Below are positions 39,547 to 49,360 of a DNA stretch of 64,000 nucleotides, piece after piece (positions within the stretch are counted from its first letter, which is position 1; every line of letters starts with the position of its first letter). The notes beneath the pieces are model-generated. The model did no database searches and was not told the origin of the DNA. It was given only the letters and a program-made list of their open reading frames with translations. The DNA is from an uncultured virus (IMG/VR IMGVR_UViG_3300023176_003360) (lineage: Duplodnaviria; Heunggongvirae; Uroviricota; Caudoviricetes): the IMG/VR virus record IMGVR_UViG_3300023176_003360; one strand, given 5' to 3'. The translations under genes were made by a program, and so were the position numbers.

Positions 39547-40294
39547 TTTTATTTTTTCCTGTAATATTATACCACCACCATCTAATGTTCCTTACAAGTA
39601 AGTATATTTTTGCTTCTATATCTTTATCTTTAATATGAGGAATATTACTAGGCGGTACTCCGGCAATACTTCTATGAATATCAATAATAAAAATTAATCT
39701 ATGCTTGTCTGTTTTATTCCATGCGGTGTGCATACCTTGATTATCAAATGCCCAAACATCGCTCCAGTCTATAAGTTCACCCATGCACTCAAAACCTAAT
39801 TTATCATAATCTCCTTCAGGAATAATTAAAGGAATATGATATCTTAAATATTCACTGTATCGATTTTCAATACCGTTGTGAACTGTAATTTCACCACCCG
39901 GTTCTAATATGCTATATTCAGCAATAGGACAATATTCTTCTAACATTTTTATCATCTGAATTGCTGTAGGATAATTTTTTTCAAATTCTGGTTCAAGCAT
40001 CCACTTGTGAATATACCTAAAGGCTACTACCTTCCATTTATCACCACCTACTGCTAGATGAACATCACCGTTAGGATTGTCTACTGTTTCTGCCTTAAGT
40101 CCTGTAAAATCAGGGTGTGCTGTTAAAAATTCTTTAATTAATAATGGTGTAAGTTCTTTAAATTGATCGGAAAATTTTAATTCGTGTGAACGCCATATAT
40201 ACTTTCCTGTAAAAATTTTATAGGATCTAGCCAACAAACTTATTGTTTGCCATATTCTGCTGGGGAGGAATTTTAATTCTTTGCGTTTAAACAT
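39539..40294 (-). CDS. Asp/Asn beta-hydroxylase (AspH/LpxO-like), paralogue
   Basis: YSILEPG, VH, LRYHIPL, FDNQGMHTAWN, RLIFIID. Confidence 0.8.
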   Translation of the reverse strand: MFKRKELKFLPSRIWQTISLLARSYKIFTGKYIWRSHELKFSDQFKELTPLLIKEFLTAHPDFTGLKAETVDNPNGDVHLAVGGDKWKVVAFRYIHKWMLEPEFEKNYPTAIQMIKMLEEYCPIAEYSILEPGGEITVHNGIENRYSEYLRYHIPLIIPEGDYDKLGFECMGELIDWSDVWAFDNQGMHTAWNKTDKHRLIFIIDIHRSIAGVPPSNIPHIKDKDIEAKIYLLVRNIRWWWYNITGKNKNA

Positions 40295-40303
40295 CAACGA
40301 TAT

Positions 40304-40921
40304 TTACTTATTTTTATCTATGAGAGATTGTAAAGCGGTATAATCGTCGATATAGAAGTTATCGTATTTTTCCCATTCTTCTGGAGGATCCCAATCATCA
40401 GGTTGTATTTGTATAAACTTTATATTAGGATAGCATTCAAATATTTTAGCAGTTTGATGTATCCAGTATGACGGATCGGTTGGTGGTTTAGTTGCTTCGT
40501 TGTAATTCTCTGTGCTTTTGTATACGTTGTTAAACTTATCGTCAGTACCCCATAGGTCAAAGCCAATCATCACAACATATTCGGGTTCCATTGTGCAAGC
40601 CAAATTTAGTGCGTGTCCTCCACTTCCCCAATGCCATGGATCGTCTTGTCTTTTAGTACCTTCATAAGGTAGTTCAGGCAAACATAAAACATTACGCCAA
40701 AAACTAAACTGCTTGTACCAATTGCTTCTAGTGTATACAGGATTTTCGTAACTGTTGTTTACGGCTTCTTGTACCATGCGTCTATCACAGCATACCAAAT
40801 GGTCAGGGTGAAAATCTCTATGCACTGCATTTGTACCAATAGTTGCACCTAGCCATTCTAGTTGATAAAGGTCAAATGTTTTTCGACTTTCGCCATTTCC
40901 TATGACAGTAACATACTTCAT
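40304..40921 (-). CDS. Rossmann-like putative glycosyltransferase/MptE-like protein
   Basis: VIGNGESR, SGGHAL, MIGFD motifs. Confidence 0.55.
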   Translation of the reverse strand: MKYVTVIGNGESRKTFDLYQLEWLGATIGTNAVHRDFHPDHLVCCDRRMVQEAVNNSYENPVYTRSNWYKQFSFWRNVLCLPELPYEGTKRQDDPWHWGSGGHALNLACTMEPEYVVMIGFDLWGTDDKFNNVYKSTENYNEATKPPTDPSYWIHQTAKIFECYPNIKFIQIQPDDWDPPEEWEKYDNFYIDDYTALQSLIDKNK

Positions 40922-40929
40922 AAGTGTAT

Positions 40930-41265
40930 TTAAGACTTGCGGATTTGTCTGACTATATCTTTTATGTCACGAATATCGTGTAGCACTTCGTGAACAGTGC
41001 TTTCTGCTCGATATGTTCGATCAGCAATTTCACCTATAGTATGGACAGTCCAGAACCACCAAGTAACTGCGGTCATAGCAAATACACCAGCACCTATTCC
41101 TGCTATCAAGTGCCAGTCATATATTTCGTTATGCCACAACAAAAAACCTACTATTAAGTAGGCGATTGGAGAAAGTTTAGCATACAAGTCCCACCATCGC
41201 ACTTCTCGCTTTATTTTATCAGGTATTTCTTTGTTGAGAAATATTACGTTTTTCATCTTGCCCAT
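40930..41265 (-). CDS. 2-TM membrane protein
   Basis: Two TM helices and a coiled tail. Confidence 0.65.
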   Translation of the reverse strand: MGKMKNVIFLNKEIPDKIKREVRWWDLYAKLSPIAYLIVGFLLWHNEIYDWHLIAGIGAGVFAMTAVTWWFWTVHTIGEIADRTYRAESTVHEVLHDIRDIKDIVRQIRKS

Positions 41266-41295
41266 ACTAATATTTATCGTATGGGTTAATTAGAA

Positions 41296-42405
41296 TTATG
41301 TTGTGGTATTATTTCCGATGAATCCCCACGGAGACCAATTACCGGGCGTACCACTTGCTGTACATATCCAACCAATGGGTGCTGTGTTTTTAGGATTTTC
41401 ATTCCACACAGTATCGCCTTTGTTCCAGTGTCCGCTGGTAGGTGGTTTATCTGCTACCATGAATAAACGATTTTGAAAACGTATATTGCCTGCTACTTCT
41501 AAATCTTCTGTGGGGTTTTTAACACCAACACCTAGTTTACCATAAATCCTGTGTGTGTTTGAAGTATTGCCTTCTTGTCCTATAGTAACATCGCCTTTAA
41601 ATGACACTTTAATACGTGCTTGATCATCTGTAACGATGCGTAAATTTTTATTATTGTATGTGCCTATTTTAGCATCACCATCTTCAGCATCTATAATTGT
41701 ATGCGTATCGTTGGCAAAGTTATAAACTGCTAGGTCGCCCGCGGGTTTGTCTGTACCAATACCTAGCCTATCCAAGTTAGGATCAAAGAACAGTGTTTCA
41801 GCAACACTGAATCTTCCTGCTACATTTAGATTGCGTAGTGTTCCTACTTCTTGTAAACTGCTCTTTTTAACTGTGCCGCCGAGCGTATCAAACGACAATA
41901 CATCATTGCCGTCTATCATGTAGGTTTTATCTTTGTGGATATCAATTGGCTCTGTACTCCAAAATCTATCTGGATTGTTTTTATAGATGAACTGTTTGCT
42001 GTACTTGCCGCCACTCCATAAAAAACCTGTACCTACGTTTGTTTTACGTTTGTTTTTGTGTGTAAATTCTATAAACTGACGTTCTGTTTTTTCGTCAGCA
42101 ACTAGTTCTTTGGTTACCAAACTGTCTACTTCAAGTGTACCTTTTACATAAACATTTCCACCAAAATCAGCATTACCTGATATTGTTAAATCACCTAACA
42201 GTTGATTTGTTTTTACTTTATCAACAACAATACAGTCATCTAGTACGGTTAATACTGTGGCAGAGGCTTTGTCTAGTATGCCTGTAGAACTAAACTGCTG
42301 TAAAGGACCACCCTTGATCCAGGCCCCGTTAAACTCACCGGATTTAATATCCAGTTGTTCAACTCTAATCCCTTCGGGTCTATCACCAAAAGTGGCTACT
42401 GGCAT
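41296..42405 (-). CDS. Fibre-like structural protein
   Basis: LGIGT..P and LEV.GNI repeats. C-terminal PxSGxWxKGD...GWIC module. Confidence 0.65.
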   Translation of the reverse strand: MPVATFGDRPEGIRVEQLDIKSGEFNGAWIKGGPLQQFSSTGILDKASATVLTVLDDCIVVDKVKTNQLLGDLTISGNADFGGNVYVKGTLEVDSLVTKELVADEKTERQFIEFTHKNKRKTNVGTGFLWSGGKYSKQFIYKNNPDRFWSTEPIDIHKDKTYMIDGNDVLSFDTLGGTVKKSSLQEVGTLRNLNVAGRFSVAETLFFDPNLDRLGIGTDKPAGDLAVYNFANDTHTIIDAEDGDAKIGTYNNKNLRIVTDDQARIKVSFKGDVTIGQEGNTSNTHRIYGKLGVGVKNPTEDLEVAGNIRFQNRLFMVADKPPTSGHWNKGDTVWNENPKNTAPIGWICTASGTPGNWSPWGFIGNNTTT

Positions 42406-42566
42406 TAGAACTCCTCTGCAATACCTAATAGTTCTGCGGCTAAAAATGCTAGTGCAAATACACCAATATCACGCCAACCTAGCAATGCTACACAACCGCC
42501 AATACGCAATCCGCTTTTTGCTAGGCTAATATAAAAATGTTTTTTACTTGGATCTTTTGGTTCCAT
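42405..42566 (-). CDS. 53-aa membrane protein
   Basis: [22 protein letters not shown]..., TAATG overlaps at both ends. Confidence 0.7.
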   Translation of the reverse strand: MEPKDPSKKHFYISLAKSGLRIGGCVALLGWRDIGVFALAFLAAELLGIAEEF

Positions 42567-43159
42567 TAATCTCTCCTTTCGAAGATTTCGTCAATAAGTC
42601 CATACTCAAGTGCTTCTTGGGCAGTCATGAACTTGTCACGTTCCATGTCGTTGCTTAGTTCTTCAAAAGTTTTTCCTTTTGAATTATGCTTAACATATAC
42701 GTTAGTTAGTTCTTTTTTAAGTTTGATAATTTCTTCTGCATGAATTTGAATATCAGTTGCTTGACCACTAGCACCTCCACTTGGTTGGTGAATCATGTGT
42801 CTAGCATGTGGTAGCATGTAGCGTTTGCCCGGCTCGCCCGCTTGTGCAAGCAATGACCCCATAGAGCAAGCCTGACCCATTACATAAGTGTAAACAGGAG
42901 ATTTGATGTATTGCATGGTGTCATAGATAGCAAGTCCGGAACTTACTACACCACCTGGTGAGTTAATATAAAAGTGAATTGGTTTATCACGGTTTTGTGA
43001 TTCCAATAAAATAAGTTGTGCTGTTACCGTATGTGCTACAGCATCGTGAACCGGACCGTTTAGAAAAACGATTCGTTCTTTTAGCAGTCGACTAAAAATA
43101 TCATAGGCTCTTTCGCCATCGTGATTTTTCTCAACTACCATTGGGATTAGATTGCTCAT
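42566..43159 (-). CDS. clpP: ClpP protease
   Basis: [32 protein letters not shown]. Confidence 0.95.
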   Translation of the reverse strand: MSNLIPMVVEKNHDGERAYDIFSRLLKERIVFLNGPVHDAVAHTVTAQLILLESQNRDKPIHFYINSPGGVVSSGLAIYDTMQYIKSPVYTYVMGQACSMGSLLAQAGEPGKRYMLPHARHMIHQPSGGASGQATDIQIHAEEIIKLKKELTNVYVKHNSKGKTFEELSNDMERDKFMTAQEALEYGLIDEIFERRD

Positions 43160-44412
43160 TAATATACTCCTATTAGTACTGTTTCTGGGTTTATTCTACC
43201 ATTCATTTTGGTAGGGGTTGTTGTAAGTTTCTCAATCCAGTTTTCAAATTTCTTACGTGTATTGAGTGCTTTAACTTCTTGTAATTGATCCATAGGTTTG
43301 CGTAGCGTCCACCAAACACTTTTTTCTTCATTGTATCTTTGTAGTGTTTGTCCTTTAAGGTTAAGTCCACTGCCTTCTCTACCTGTACCTGTAGGATCTT
43401 CAACTGACGTGTAGTATATACCAAGTTTTCTGTTTTTGCTGTTAAACACAACAAGACAGTTTGCGCCAATCATTTTGTGTGCTGGTACACTTGATACATT
43501 ATACTTGTCATCTGAAATTTTGTATTTTAATTTTTCAACAACTTTTTCTGGTGATTTTTTGCTTATCTTACGTGGCTTTCTATTTGCTTTGCTTTCTGCA
43601 ACAATAGCATCGCAAGCACTAATAACACTTACAAGAAAATCATGTAATTTTTTAATTTGACGTTTGTCGTAGTGCGAATATGCTTCTTTAAGTTGTTGTG
43701 CATAATCCTTTTGTTCGTCATTCATCTTTTTTGTATCAAGCGGATTTAAAAGTTCGTGATATTCTTTTATTTGATCTTCATAAAACGTAGCAATTAATCG
43801 TGCATGTGGTTGTTTGCACTGTAATTGTCTAAGTTTTTGCAAAGGCTTAAATTCCTTAAAGTCTGTTATCTTGCCTTCAACAAAATCATCAAGTGCTTGT
43901 TCAAAGTCCTGCACCATTATAGATGTTGCTTCACGTATTCTATCCTGAATGCTTGGAACATAAACATTATCGTTTTTCTTTTCTTCTTCTTTCTTTTCTT
44001 CAACTACTTGTTCGCCTAAATCAAGTAATTCCTTTAGCCATTTTTCGATGTATTCTGAATGAGGTTTTGGAGTTCCCATTGTGCCCGGCAAACTGTGCCA
44101 CCATTCGTTATATTTAGGATGCACATCGGGCATTCCTTGCATTGTAAGATTACATATCGTTGCTAATGTCGAATTAAATCTCCAATCCGGTGCTTTGTTT
44201 AATGTGTCAATGTGTTCTTTCCACTTGTCACTAGTTTTTGCCCAATCCAATACATATTTTTTATAATCAGAATTTTTCTTTTCCATGCGGAAGTATTGAA
44301 AAGCCGCATCTTTTGCTCTGCTAAATGTTTGCCCATCCCACTCAGCACTATCCGTAAAATTAGGTACGTTAGTGTTCTTAGGCGACCTAGCACGAACTTT
44401 TGTTTTTGCCAT
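43159..44412 (-). CDS. Hypothetical phage protein
   Basis: 417 aa, K-rich, with TLRKP and NGRIN C-terminal motifs. Confidence 0.7.
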   Translation of the reverse strand: MAKTKVRARSPKNTNVPNFTDSAEWDGQTFSRAKDAAFQYFRMEKKNSDYKKYVLDWAKTSDKWKEHIDTLNKAPDWRFNSTLATICNLTMQGMPDVHPKYNEWWHSLPGTMGTPKPHSEYIEKWLKELLDLGEQVVEEKKEEEKKNDNVYVPSIQDRIREATSIMVQDFEQALDDFVEGKITDFKEFKPLQKLRQLQCKQPHARLIATFYEDQIKEYHELLNPLDTKKMNDEQKDYAQQLKEAYSHYDKRQIKKLHDFLVSVISACDAIVAESKANRKPRKISKKSPEKVVEKLKYKISDDKYNVSSVPAHKMIGANCLVVFNSKNRKLGIYYTSVEDPTGTGREGSGLNLKGQTLQRYNEEKSVWWTLRKPMDQLQEVKALNTRKKFENWIEKLTTTPTKMNGRINPETVLIGVY

Positions 44413-44489
44413 TGTTATAAAACTCCAAATAAATTATTCTTAAATTATATATATTCTTTTCAGAAAAAGCAAGAGGTTTATTTCTGAAT

Positions 44490-44969
44490 TTATCCAACAT
44501 ACCTACAATCGAAAGCCAAAATGCTTTTTGGTAATATTGCTTCTTCTGTCCAATGGACTTCACCACCATTAAATAGAACAATGTCACCTTGTGTCATTTG
44601 TAATTTTCTATTTTTAAAACACAATGCACCCGACTTTTTATCTCCAATTAAACAAACTATACCACTAAAATCAACATCGCCTTCTTGATGCAAATGAGGT
44701 GTTTGTTTTCCACCTTTGTCGTAACTAACAAACCAACTCATTGTAAAAACGTATTTTTGATTAATGTATTTGTTTATAATCTTTTCAACTTCGTTTTTTA
44801 AATCCTGAAACTGATCCCACAATATAGGATTATCCATTAGCGGTTGGAATCCTACTTTGGTTGTGGATTGCTTGTTTTCACTTTGACTTCTAAAACTGTC
44901 TTTAAAAAACTCAACAGTTCCTAAAGGTGCCATGCATGTCCACGGATCTATGCTATCTTGATAAAACAT
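44490..44969 (-). CDS. 2OG-Fe(II) oxygenase
   Basis: PHLH, FSGIV, GDIVLF...H. Start trimmed so it does not overlap the tRNA. Confidence 0.75.
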   Translation of the reverse strand: MFYQDSIDPWTCMAPLGTVEFFKDSFRSQSENKQSTTKVGFQPLMDNPILWDQFQDLKNEVEKIINKYINQKYVFTMSWFVSYDKGGKQTPHLHQEGDVDFSGIVCLIGDKKSGALCFKNRKLQMTQGDIVLFNGGEVHWTEEAILPKSILAFDCRYVG

Positions 44970-44989
44970 AATTTTACTTATACAACAAA

Positions 44990-45063
44990 TGGAGCGGCTG
45001 AGGAGAATCGAACTCCCATACATGGCTTGGAAGGCCAGTGCATTACCATTATGCTACAGCCGC
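44990..45063 (-). tRNA. tRNA-Gly(TCC)
   Basis: Cloverleaf, anticodon loop CTTCCAA, encoded CCA. Confidence 0.92.
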
Positions 45064-45067
45064 TAAA

Positions 45068-45307
45068 TTACTTGTCGAAATGGAATTTATCACCCCAACG
45101 CTGTTTTACTTTGTTGAGATTGTAGGGATTGCAACCAATAACTTTTTGTTGTGAATTGTAGTCAATACGCATTTCGTACTTAATCCAGGTCCAAAATTGC
45201 ACATTGTCTGCTTCGGTTGTGTCAGTTTTTGCTACTACTCGATATCTGTTAATAACAGGAACATCAATAGTTAAACCACCGTTTTTTGTTTGAAATGTTG
45301 CTTTCAT
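45068..45307 (-). CDS. Hypothetical protein
   Basis: TAAATA-N5-ATG start. Confidence 0.6.
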   Translation of the reverse strand: MKATFQTKNGGLTIDVPVINRYRVVAKTDTTEADNVQFWTWIKYEMRIDYNSQQKVIGCNPYNLNKVKQRWGDKFHFDK

Positions 45308-45318
45308 AACTGTATTTA

Positions 45319-45663
45319 TTATGTTCTTTCGCCTTTAGTATACGGACCAAAGTCATTTCCTGGAAACGCCAAACAAGCAAAATTTTCTGTTGGCTGTATT
45401 ACTATAGATATCGTAAAATCTGTTGGGTGAGCAAAAATAGTCATAGGACCTTTTATAAACTCTCCCGAAGGTAAACGCCATACTACCGATGCTGATGCTA
45501 TCGGAACCTCTTCGTACTCTACAAGCATTTCTGCTATTTTTTCAACAGGTCCGCAGTCCAACAGTATTGGCAATTGAATTAGATCTTTCTTTTCTTGGGC
45601 AAACGCCGTTATAGATATTGCGACCCAAAAAAGAAGTCCTGCTATAAGGGCCGCTTTTCTCAT
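45319..45663 (-). CDS. Exported hypothetical protein
   Basis: Signal peptide (AFA-Q). TAAATA-N5-ATG start. Confidence 0.65.
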   Translation of the reverse strand: MRKAALIAGLLFWVAISITAFAQEKKDLIQLPILLDCGPVEKIAEMLVEYEEVPIASASVVWRLPSGEFIKGPMTIFAHPTDFTISIVIQPTENFACLAFPGNDFGPYTKGERT

Positions 45664-45675
45664 ATAAGTATTTAT

Positions 45676-45765
45676 TGGCGGAGAGTGTGGGATTCGAACC
45701 CACGAAAGGTATGATCCTTTAACGGTTTAGTAGACCGCCGCCTTCAACCACTCGGCCAACTCTCC
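45676..45765 (-). tRNA. tRNA-Ser(ACT), rare anticodon
   Basis: Long variable arm, G73, anticodon stem-loop GCGGT-CTACTAA-ACCGT, CCA. Confidence 0.9.
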
Positions 45766-45986
45766 TATTTGTTAACTTCTTCTTTATAGACTGTAAAGCG
45801 TTCGATATCTGTAATCTTTTCTAAGATACCATATTCGTTTACACGAAAAATATCTCCAGGTTTATATAGGTAGTTATTCTTTTGTGTACCATCTTTAGCA
45901 ACACCCATTACTTCTCCTGGCCATTCTCCTTGGACAGCAAAACTGCCATCTGGAAAACTTTCTATATTATAATCCATCCACATCAT
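45765..45986 (-). CDS. Hypothetical protein
   Basis: Likely start MMWMDY, coupled to the upstream stop. Confidence 0.55.
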   Translation of the reverse strand: MMWMDYNIESFPDGSFAVQGEWPGEVMGVAKDGTQKNNYLYKPGDIFRVNEYGILEKITDIERFTVYKEEVNK

Positions 45987-46177
45987 AAGCCTATTAATCC
46001 CCAACCGTGATTTGCTATTGCGTTCAAGATAATAGCAAGGCAAGTAAGAATGTGCAACACCACCCACCCAGTACGAATGATTGCAACTCTGTCAGCCTTA
46101 TTGTCATCTTCATATGCTTTACTCCCTATTGCTTTACACCAATATTCCCAAAGATTAAATTTATTCTTTATTAACAT
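45983..46177 (-). CDS. Small membrane protein
   Basis: WEYWCKAIGSKA motif and a TM helix. Confidence 0.6.
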   Translation of the reverse strand: MLIKNKFNLWEYWCKAIGSKAYEDDNKADRVAIIRTGWVVLHILTCLAIILNAIANHGWGLIGL

Positions 46178-46318
46178 TTTTCTTTTCAAATTGTTTGTTA
46201 ATACTATCAACAAGTAATTTTGCTTTTTTTGGGAATCTATCAACGATATCTCTAGCATACACTTCAATATCTTCTGCTGTTTCTTTAGACATTATATCAG
46301 CAAAGTCTGTTTGATATT

Positions 46319-46480
46319 TCACGCAACTTCCTTAGTTTGGTTAATCATACCATACACTTCAATAAGATTTTTAATTTGTTCAGCAAGATGCGGCCATTTA
46401 TATGTAAGCATTTCGGCAAACTCGTTGCGTTCTTGTACGGTCATTCTTGCGAACATCTCGACTAATTGATTAATATCCAT
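46319..46480 (-). CDS. 53-aa hypothetical protein
   Basis: MDINQLVEMF..., GAGGAG RBS. Confidence 0.55.
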   Translation of the reverse strand: MDINQLVEMFARMTVQERNEFAEMLTYKWPHLAEQIKNLIEVYGMINQTKEVA

Positions 46481-46492
46481 TTTACTGCTCCT

Positions 46493-46972
46493 CTAATTTT
46501 TATTATTGTATAACGATTCTCGTTCTTTGTCAACCGAATAAGTTTCTATTAGGTCAGGAAGATCTGCTGGATGAAATTCACCATTCTTTACATACATCAT
46601 GATAGCACCGTGACTGCTACGAACATATGCTCTGCCGCCGTCAATAACCTGTCCGTTATCTAAAACTTTGTAATCATGATGACTCTGTGAGTAGTAATAT
46701 CGTTTGTCAGGACCTACTACCATACCAAACTCTAGTTCTTCTACTATGTCAGCGTTTATAATCATCATGTGTCCGCGATGATAATCTTGATACAAACCAA
46801 AGTAGCGATTACCAAACTCGGGGTGAGGTGTTTCTCTATAGTAAACATCTACAGGTACATCGCTTGCCTTAAGATCAGTTGTACAAACATACTGCACAGG
46901 TACACCGTCTTTTTCAGTGTAGTGTTTAGTAACCTTTTCAATGTCAAACTGCGGACTATGATGAATGTTCAT
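46493..46972 (-). CDS. Hypothetical phage protein
   Basis: SQSHHDY...IDGGRAY motif. Confidence 0.65.
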   Translation of the reverse strand: MNIHHSPQFDIEKVTKHYTEKDGVPVQYVCTTDLKASDVPVDVYYRETPHPEFGNRYFGLYQDYHRGHMMIINADIVEELEFGMVVGPDKRYYYSQSHHDYKVLDNGQVIDGGRAYVRSSHGAIMMYVKNGEFHPADLPDLIETYSVDKERESLYNNKN

Positions 46973-46975
46973 TTT

Positions 46976-47437
46976 TTAATCCCATAAGTTTTCGTAGTAT
47001 TTGCCAAACAGCCGGAAGCCATTTGAAATGCGTTCTTGTTCTCTGTTCATATCTAAAGCATCATCAAACCGCATATACACTTCGTCCTTGTTTGCTTTGC
47101 AATCAAATGCGTATATCATTTCGTCCATTACCCAATCCCAACGTACAAAAAAGTTTTCGTCAGTAGTGCCGTCTTTGTTGTATGCATCTATTTCTTTTTT
47201 AGACGGACGCAGTTCTTTGGGCACGTCTTCATAGTCTACACACGGTGCACCATGCTTTTCTGCTTTTAGTTGTATCAACATCGGCAGTATAATAGGAGCA
47301 AGAGTATGATCCATACTCCAAGTGTCCCACTTATCAATGTGTACTTTTACTTTTTGTTCTGGACTGTATCCAAACTTGTCATAAAGCCAATTGCTCCACG
47401 GCCAGTGTCCTGGGAACTTTCCAATCTTAACCTTCAT
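46976..47437 (-). CDS. Hypothetical phage protein
   Basis: DTWSMDHTLA and GFRLFGKYYENLWD motifs. Confidence 0.7.
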   Translation of the reverse strand: MKVKIGKFPGHWPWSNWLYDKFGYSPEQKVKVHIDKWDTWSMDHTLAPIILPMLIQLKAEKHGAPCVDYEDVPKELRPSKKEIDAYNKDGTTDENFFVRWDWVMDEMIYAFDCKANKDEVYMRFDDALDMNREQERISNGFRLFGKYYENLWD

Positions 47438-47649
47438 TTGTAAAACTCCGGATTCCATTCTCCGAACACTGTGGGTGCTTGTTCACTTGCCATTTCCATA
47501 TCATACTTGCTTGGAAAATGTTTTAGGCAACGCCAAGCACGTTGACGCACTGCTAGTGGAACACGAGGTGTTGCTTTAGGGTCCATTAGGTCCCGCAAAA
47601 ATTGTTCTGCGTTTAGCACAGCATGTTTTCTTTCAACTGGCAGTGTCAT
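47434..47649 (-). CDS. Hypothetical protein
   Basis: TPRVP...CLKHFP motif. ATGA-coupled. Confidence 0.65.
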   Translation of the reverse strand: MTLPVERKHAVLNAEQFLRDLMDPKATPRVPLAVRQRAWRCLKHFPSKYDMEMASEQAPTVFGEWNPEFYK

Positions 47650-48026
47650 GATAAACCACACATTGTCTGATATTGATCCCAGGCCTTTTGCTGTGACGGA
47701 TTCATTTCATCCGCCGGCACAACACAGTCTAGCCAGTAGTAAGGCAGGCGCGGTACGTGGCTACCAAACCGTCGTGGCTGATGAATCTTACCACCGTCAT
47801 ACAGTTGTATAACCACATTGCGATAAACTTCTTCGCCTTCTGTGTTGCCTGCCCATTCGGGATTGCTCATACCACCATAGTTGTATCCATCCCAAATTTG
47901 ATTCCAATGTGCGTCATTGTGCGGATCGAAATCTGTTCGTGCGATAATACACAGAATGTCTTCATACAATACCCGTGCTTCTACAACGTCTCGAACGCAT
48001 CTACTTAAACTTAACCCTACCTTCAT
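47646..48026 (-). CDS. Hypothetical phage protein
   Basis: GLSLSRCVRD and GKIHQPR motifs. Confidence 0.65.
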   Translation of the reverse strand: MKVGLSLSRCVRDVVEARVLYEDILCIIARTDFDPHNDAHWNQIWDGYNYGGMSNPEWAGNTEGEEVYRNVVIQLYDGGKIHQPRRFGSHVPRLPYYWLDCVVPADEMNPSQQKAWDQYQTMCGLS

Positions 48027-48029
48027 ACA

Positions 48030-48329
48030 TTACACCTGCTCTGGCAACTTGCCTGTAATTAGATACATTTTTTTAAGGATACCATTTACATCCTCTTCGG
48101 ACAGAAACCCTTTTACAGTATCACCCGGTTGTGTAACACCAGGCAATTCGTGCTGTTGGTTTCCTTTAAACACAGCAATTTCATACAAACCTTGCTTGTT
48201 ACCATATGAACTTTCGTTCTGTACAATGCTTAGTTCGTAATCGCCAAAATCAAGTATTGCCTGAACACCCTTGGGCATTTCTGTGGGCATCATTTTAAAG
48301 TCGCTCATCTTCATCGTCATCTTCCTCAT
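48030..48329 (-). CDS. Hypothetical phage protein
   Basis: SYG..GLYEIAV motif. Confidence 0.65.
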   Translation of the reverse strand: MRKMTMKMSDFKMMPTEMPKGVQAILDFGDYELSIVQNESSYGNKQGLYEIAVFKGNQQHELPGVTQPGDTVKGFLSEEDVNGILKKMYLITGKLPEQV

Positions 48330-48708
48330 CTAAGTATTCACGTATATCAAATTCTTCGTTTGCTTCTTGTGCCTTTTTCATTAATGCTACTGCTTCGGGA
48401 TGATCAGCATACACTCCGCCTTTTTCAAAGTCACGCTCATCTAGAATAGGACCCCTGCTATCAGTATCACGCATCATCTGTGTGTATTGCTCAACAAGGC
48501 TTTCTTTTACATAAGTTTCTAGTTCAAATTCTTCTTCAGCAACATCTGATTCAATTTCTAATTCCATGTGGGTAACTGCTGGTTGCGTAGCAGTACTCCA
48601 CATCATTGGAACTCCATCTTCTCCATAGTAAACTTCTACAATTTCATACCAATAAGTCTCCGGGGATTCTGGTTGATATCGACGCATAATTCTGTAGTTC
48701 CAAGTCAT
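48295..48708 (-). CDS. Hypothetical acidic protein (start MTWNYR)
   Basis: WNYRI...EVYY motif. Confidence 0.6.
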   Translation of the reverse strand: MTWNYRIMRRYQPESPETYWYEIVEVYYGEDGVPMMWSTATQPAVTHMELEIESDVAEEEFELETYVKESLVEQYTQMMRDTDSRGPILDERDFEKGGVYADHPEAVALMKKAQEANEEFDIREYLDEEDDDEDERL

Positions 48709-49084
48709 CTTCGTTCTCACTATAATAAACATTTCTAATACCAAAACTTGCTATTGCTTTGGTACAACCCTTGCATGGCTTTGCTAAACCATAGATATAA
48801 CTTTTTGATTTATAGTTTGGTCTTTTCACCCTTACAACATATAAATCGCATTTTGCTAATTGTTCTACGTCAATTAGTTTTAGTGCATTTTTTATAGCAT
48901 CCATTTCTGCATGAAGGAAAACCTGTCCGTCTTTATATCCTTCGCCGTTCATTAATGGATGTGTTTTATAACTGTTCACTCCTGTTGCAATTACGTATTT
49001 TTTGTATACAACAGCACTGGCAAGTTTAAACCTGCCCTGAACACCTTCGTTTGCTATCGCTAGTTTACGAAGGTATTCAAACAT
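48644..49084 (-). CDS. Zn-dependent nucleoside/nucleotide deaminase (CDA/TadA-like)
   Basis: HAE and PCxxC motifs. ATG lies 5 nt after the tRNA-Leu CCA. Confidence 0.85.
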   Translation of the reverse strand: MFEYLRKLAIANEGVQGRFKLASAVVYKKYVIATGVNSYKTHPLMNGEGYKDGQVFLHAEMDAIKNALKLIDVEQLAKCDLYVVRVKRPNYKSKSYIYGLAKPCKGCTKAIASFGIRNVYYSENEDDLELQNYASISTRIPGDLLV

Positions 49085-49089
49085 ACGAT

Positions 49090-49174
49090 TGGTGCGGACA
49101 CCCGGACTCGAACCGGGACGGGATAACCCGAGAGATTTTAAGTCTCTTGTGTCTACCAATTCCACCATGCCCGC
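49090..49174 (-). tRNA. tRNA-Leu(TAA)
   Basis: Loop CTTAAAA, long variable arm, CCA. Confidence 0.93.
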
Positions 49175-49198
49175 ATTATTCATCGTACTTTCCAATCA

Positions 49199-49289
49199 TG
49201 GTGCCAGGACCAGGATTCGAACCTGGATCAGCCAATTATCTGTTGCTACGGAGTATAAGCCCGCTGTTTTACCGTTAAACTATCCTGGC
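49199..49289 (-). tRNA. tRNA-Ile(TAT) with long variable arm
   Basis: GCGGG-CTTATAC-TCCGT anticodon arm, extra stem-loop, canonical T-arm, A73-CCA. Confidence 0.8.
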
Positions 49290-49360
49290 GATGTATTTGT
49301 GATTGCTCCTCTATGGAATGTCTTACTGTCTATTAACTATACTACCGAATGGTATCTCTG

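Noticed and set aside
49228..49250. Intron in tRNA-Ile
   Set aside because: The insertion lies at the variable-arm position and is far too short for a self-splicing intron, so it is treated as an extra arm.
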